Shown here: in pieces, positions 60,501-64,000 of the stretch | Layout: each line of letters starts with the position of its first letter | Numbering within the stretch: the first letter of the stretch is position 1 | Origin: Pelomyxa schiedti | Lineage: Eukaryota; Protista; Evosea | DNA: 64,000 bases | Assembly: GCA_020536535.1 (NCBI GenBank) | Contig: JAHLWZ010000790.1 | Coordinates: 62,001-126,000, forward strand | Direction: 5' to 3' | Notes under the pieces: model-generated | What the model saw: the letters and a program-made list of their open reading frames with translations, nothing else | What the model was told of the DNA's origin: nothing | Database searches by the model: none | Position numbers and translations under genes: made by a program

Positions 60501-62082
60501 ATTTTGTTCTAAATGGTTTTCCTTGTTCACTGCAGTGTCTCCTTCTGTCTTCACAACTGGGGAAACGTTACCCTCACATAGAGGTGATTCTATGGAGGTT
60601 TTAACAGGGAGTTGGGCGGCTTCCTCTGTACAAGCAATTTGAAGGTGAGTTGAAGGTACCTCTGTCTCTTGGAGCACCACTTCAGGCATTGCCCTCTCAG
60701 TTGTTTTTGGACTCTCATCCAATGGCACAGGGAGTATACTGTCAACTGTCTTATCTTGGATTTGCCCAATAAGGATAGGCTCTTGGGCTAAAAAGTGAGT
60801 TGGTGTTGGCTCTGCGGGAGTTTCCTTGATCGATTGTACTTCCTTGATCTGATTTGTTGTCGAATTTGAAGGAGTGTTTTCTTGTTTTACTTCGATTGGA
60901 ACTGAAGTGGATGATTCCTCTTGAGCCTTAGCTTGTAGGGGCCTATCGCATGTGATTAAAAGAATAGAAGTACAGGTTTCATACATTTCCATTGTAGTAT
61001 GGGCGTGGGAGAGTACGGGTTCTTCTACACGCAATTCCGTTTCTTGAACTGGGAGAAGTGTTTCTATTACCGATTGTTCTTCATCGACCAGCTGTTCACT
61101 TGGGGTTTCAGGCTCCAAAGTGACAGAAACAGAGTTGAGCTCTTGAATGGACTTGGGTATAGCTGTAGGTGGTGCCGGGGCTTCAGTGGTTGTCTGGGGG
61201 ACAGAAATGGAGGGCTTGACTGTAGGAAGTTGCACTGGGGGTGGACTTGCTATTAGAAGTACCGTTGGAGCCTCAGATGTTGACGGTGAAATGGTTGCAG
61301 TGGGCTGCACCATTGGAGTGGGGTGAATAGTCTTGGCCACTGGTGCGGGTAAGGGGCAGATTTCCGCCCGTTTGTCAGACAATATTGAAGCTGATGTGCT
61401 GATAGGTGTAGGAGCCTGAATGGGCTCTGGTGGCGAAGCTGCAATGCTTTGGCTAGCATTCGTGTTTGTGTTCGTGTTGGTGTTGGTATTTGTGATTGTG
61501 ATTTGAGTCTGTGGTGCAGTGTTGGGTGGAAGTGGTGAAGGTGTTATCATGGGGATGGTTTGTGAGGCAGGGGGAGAAAGAGTGGGTGTGGGGTTCATGT
61601 TTGGCTGTGAAGTGGTTGCAGAAGAAGAGACACTCACAGAAGCAGGGCTCATTTGAGAGCTTGTAGTTTTGGCAGGTTCCGGATCCAGAGAAGTGTGCAC
61701 CACTGGCATGAGCTGCTTTTGTACTGGTGGTTGTTGCTGGACTTGGTTGGTTCCCTCAGTCTTAAAGGCTGCAGCAAGCTTTCCATGAGATAAAAATTCT
61801 GCTATATTTCATACTATAGAGAAACACACGACGCATAGACACGGAGAGATAGATATAGAATATAGAATATAGAAATTGGGAAATAGAAAATAAGAATGAA
61901 ACGAAACGAAACGAAACGAAAGCCAAACCTGCAGCCACAGTGGCCTCAGCAACGCCACCGTCTTTGGTTTCGGGGAAGCCGCCGGGCGAATTTGCCGGCT
62001 GGTCGGTTGGGACACCGCCTTCGACCAAGTGGACGGTCTCCTCCGGGGGCTTCATCCCACAACACGGAAACGAGTTCCCCAT
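57552..62082 (-). CDS. Large acidic Glu/Pro/Thr-rich disordered protein with an N-terminal acylation motif and C-terminal putative actin-binding motifs
   Basis: MGNSFPCC start; an exon of more than 1000 codons; DLSKVKLRSV and TDFRSVLKRR near the C-terminus. Confidence 0.75.
59790..59870 (-). repeat. 21-bp coding tandem repeat (KEAAPEI, about 4 copies)
   Basis: Plus-strand units tttctggtgctgcttccttta repeated with few mismatches. Confidence 0.85.
61845..61922 (+). repeat. Intronic (ATAGAAT)n and (AAACG)n short tandem repeats
   Basis: Read directly from the sequence. Confidence 0.8.
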
Positions 62083-62500
62083 GGTGGTAGGTAGTTGTTG
62101 TCGCGGCCACCAATCTCGAAAATGAAGAGTATTGGTTACGGCCCGTAACCTTACGGTTTGTTGTTGTTTCGGGGGCAGGCGATTTTTTTTTTGTTTGTTT
62201 GGGTATTTTGTTGGTGAAAAAAATGAAATGGACGTGTGAGTAACTTCCTGATCTGGAAGCTTATTTTTTTGTTGCTGTTAGCAGGCGGGTTCAAACCGGA
62301 ACTCCGGTGAGTCCAAACTTGCAATATGGTGGTACTATGTCTCTAGGCATGCATTTCAACATCAAAGACGCTGTGTAATCTTTGCCAGCTGGAAGTCGCA
62401 TTGTACAGTTTAAACTATAAATCATACAGGAAAAAAGACACCCAACCTTCACAGAGTGAAAAAACGAAATCGGATATAATTATCTTCTTGGGCTCTTCTT

Positions 62501-63713
62501 TTATTCATAAGATTGCGTGCGTGATGTGGGTATCTTGAAGGAAGCGAATCCAGTACAGTTGGAGTCTCGTTCCTGTGCTTCATAGAAAAGGAGTTGCGGA
62601 GTTCCCCGATTCAGGAAGTGTGACAAGTAAACCATGAGGATTGTGGGCCACATCCCACACATGCCTTTGTCAAATACCATTCATTATTTCAAATATGTGT
62701 TTATGGTGTCGATGCATTTGCCCTCGGTTTTTTTTTTTTTTGGGAGGGGGGTTATGGCATACTGCATTGGATTCCTCTGTCAAATATCATTTGAGGGTCT
62801 CCAGCTTGTATGGCTTCAAGAACTGGAGCGTCTTTGAGACTTAACAGTAATTACACTTTCAGTATAAAGGTGAAACAAGAACTTACCGGACATATTCCGT
62901 TACTGTAAGCCCTAGTTGGTCATGGTAATATTCAGGCTTCTCGTAGTAGGCAGGCCCTGCATGAGTAAAGTCCGTAGTTGAAACCACAAGTACAGAATCC
63001 CTCGAAGATTCCATTGAGCGAATCCATCCACCAAGCACAGCAGCTAGTCTCAAAGCATCCTCTACGGCAACCAGGTCCCCAACAAGAACCGGTACAATCC
63101 GGAACCGCCTTCCTAAGCGCTCAAACGCAACCATCAGCATAGGCAGCTGGTTTTCCACGCTGTGTTCCCTCTGATGAGCCTGCTCATCAACCACCAGGAA
63201 CTCTTCTGCCCCCCGGAATTCCAGCAGTGATGACACCGCATCGCAGTCGACCTCCACGTCCCCCATTGGTGTATTCCACACATCACATCGAGATAACATC
63301 ACCCTCCCACAGCCAGCACCACCGTGGTTGGTTCCAAGAATCACAATAGTGGCTGTCATTCCACAGGAGCCTAAAAACTCCGCATTGGTGACCAGCCCCC
63401 TCAACACACAACACCCATAATATCTACGCATAGACAAGCAAGTGGCGAGTGACCTTGGGCCAGGGTCCCAATGGCCAAAGCGGCCGCCCTTCCCGATGGG
63501 TCTTGATACGCACCGTGAGGCACAATTACACCCCACAACGACTCCGTGCTGCTGCTGCTGCTTCTTGTGATTGTGATTGTGACAGCGGTGGTTGTTGGTG
63601 GCTTCTGTGTTGTGGGGTGGTAGGAGGGAGTGTACTAGTGTGCCCAGTGGAATGGCACTGGACGGGAAGTAGTGGCACAAGGCCGTTCTTGTGTTGCAAG
63701 CGGCGTGATGCAT
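62501..63713 (-). CDS. MEMO1 / AmmeMemoRadiSam protein B family
   Basis: GVIVPHGAY (alternate frame), ILGTNH, WNTPMG, AHQREHSVENQLPML, TTDFTHAG, MCG and GFAS. Confidence 0.85.
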
Positions 63714-63864
63714 AGTGTGTTATGGGAATTTAAAATTTATTCTCTTGGCGAGTATTTACTTTGGCTTTTTGTTTTGGTTTGGTTTTGTGACTCCTCGAAA
63801 GGCATGCCTGGAATGCCTCCATGCCTTTTGGTGAGGCACTGTTTTTTCAAGTTATACAAGGAAA

Positions 63865-64000
63865 CTACTTGGGATCCAATGTGACATAGAAAGAGGAAAC
63901 CCAACTGGGAATTGGTAAGAAATGGATAACCTTGAGGAGCAATATACCCTCTTTGGCCGTTGAATTCGGCAGCCCACCAACCATCCTGGTCCTCCTTGTC
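63865..64000 (-). CDS. 3' end of an SH3-domain protein (partial)
   Basis: DKEDQDGWWAAEFNGQRG|WVSSFYVTLDPK* after splicing a GT-AG intron. Confidence 0.75.
   Translation of the reverse strand, partial: TRRTRMVGGLPNSTAKEGILLLKVIHFLPIPSWVSSFYVTLDPK

Noticed and set aside
62285-62310. tRNA suggested by GGGTTCAAACC (also GGTTCGATT at about 37279)
   Set aside because: Flanks do not form a T-stem, and there is no acceptor, D or anticodon arm.

Overview
Gene-dense eukaryotic DNA with many short (about 30-100 nt) spliceosomal introns, so the supplied ORF track fragments almost every gene. Gene content suggests an amoebozoan, possibly an archamoeba such as Pelomyxa (inference only): an Entamoeba-type transmembrane kinase, a TKL kinase, a WIP-like protein and bacterial-type enzymes that carry introns. 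I reconstructed about 28 genes by manual splicing, and boundaries are approximate. They include a calmodulin-like protein, class IV sirtuin, SAM methyltransferase, PLAC8 protein, two-domain membrane cyclase, DHH family II pyrophosphatase-like protein, two DUF4062-STAND ATPase-TPR (NLR-like/NPHP3-like) paralogues, WIP-like protein, DNAJC8, two kinases, RING-vWA-Vwaint ligase, a secreted bacterial-type propeller protein, PB1 protein, ADP-ribosylglycohydrolase, Cdc25, a SPRY/BTB/F-box/UBA/FYVE multidomain protein, an F-box/clathrin-linker fusion, DUSP, a large acylated disordered protein, MEMO1 and a partial SH3 gene. The most striking signal is that one NLR-like protein begins with a near-perfect histone H3 N-terminal tail (17/20 identical, K14 replaced by Leu) with no histone fold, a candidate integrated histone decoy. 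Other notable signals are a U12-type AT-AG intron, a sirtuin flanked by beta-thymosin/WH2 motifs, a 1.1 kb CpG-depleted segment bounded by 9-bp direct repeats, and abrupt GC-rich exon islands. No rRNA, tRNA or CRISPR was found.
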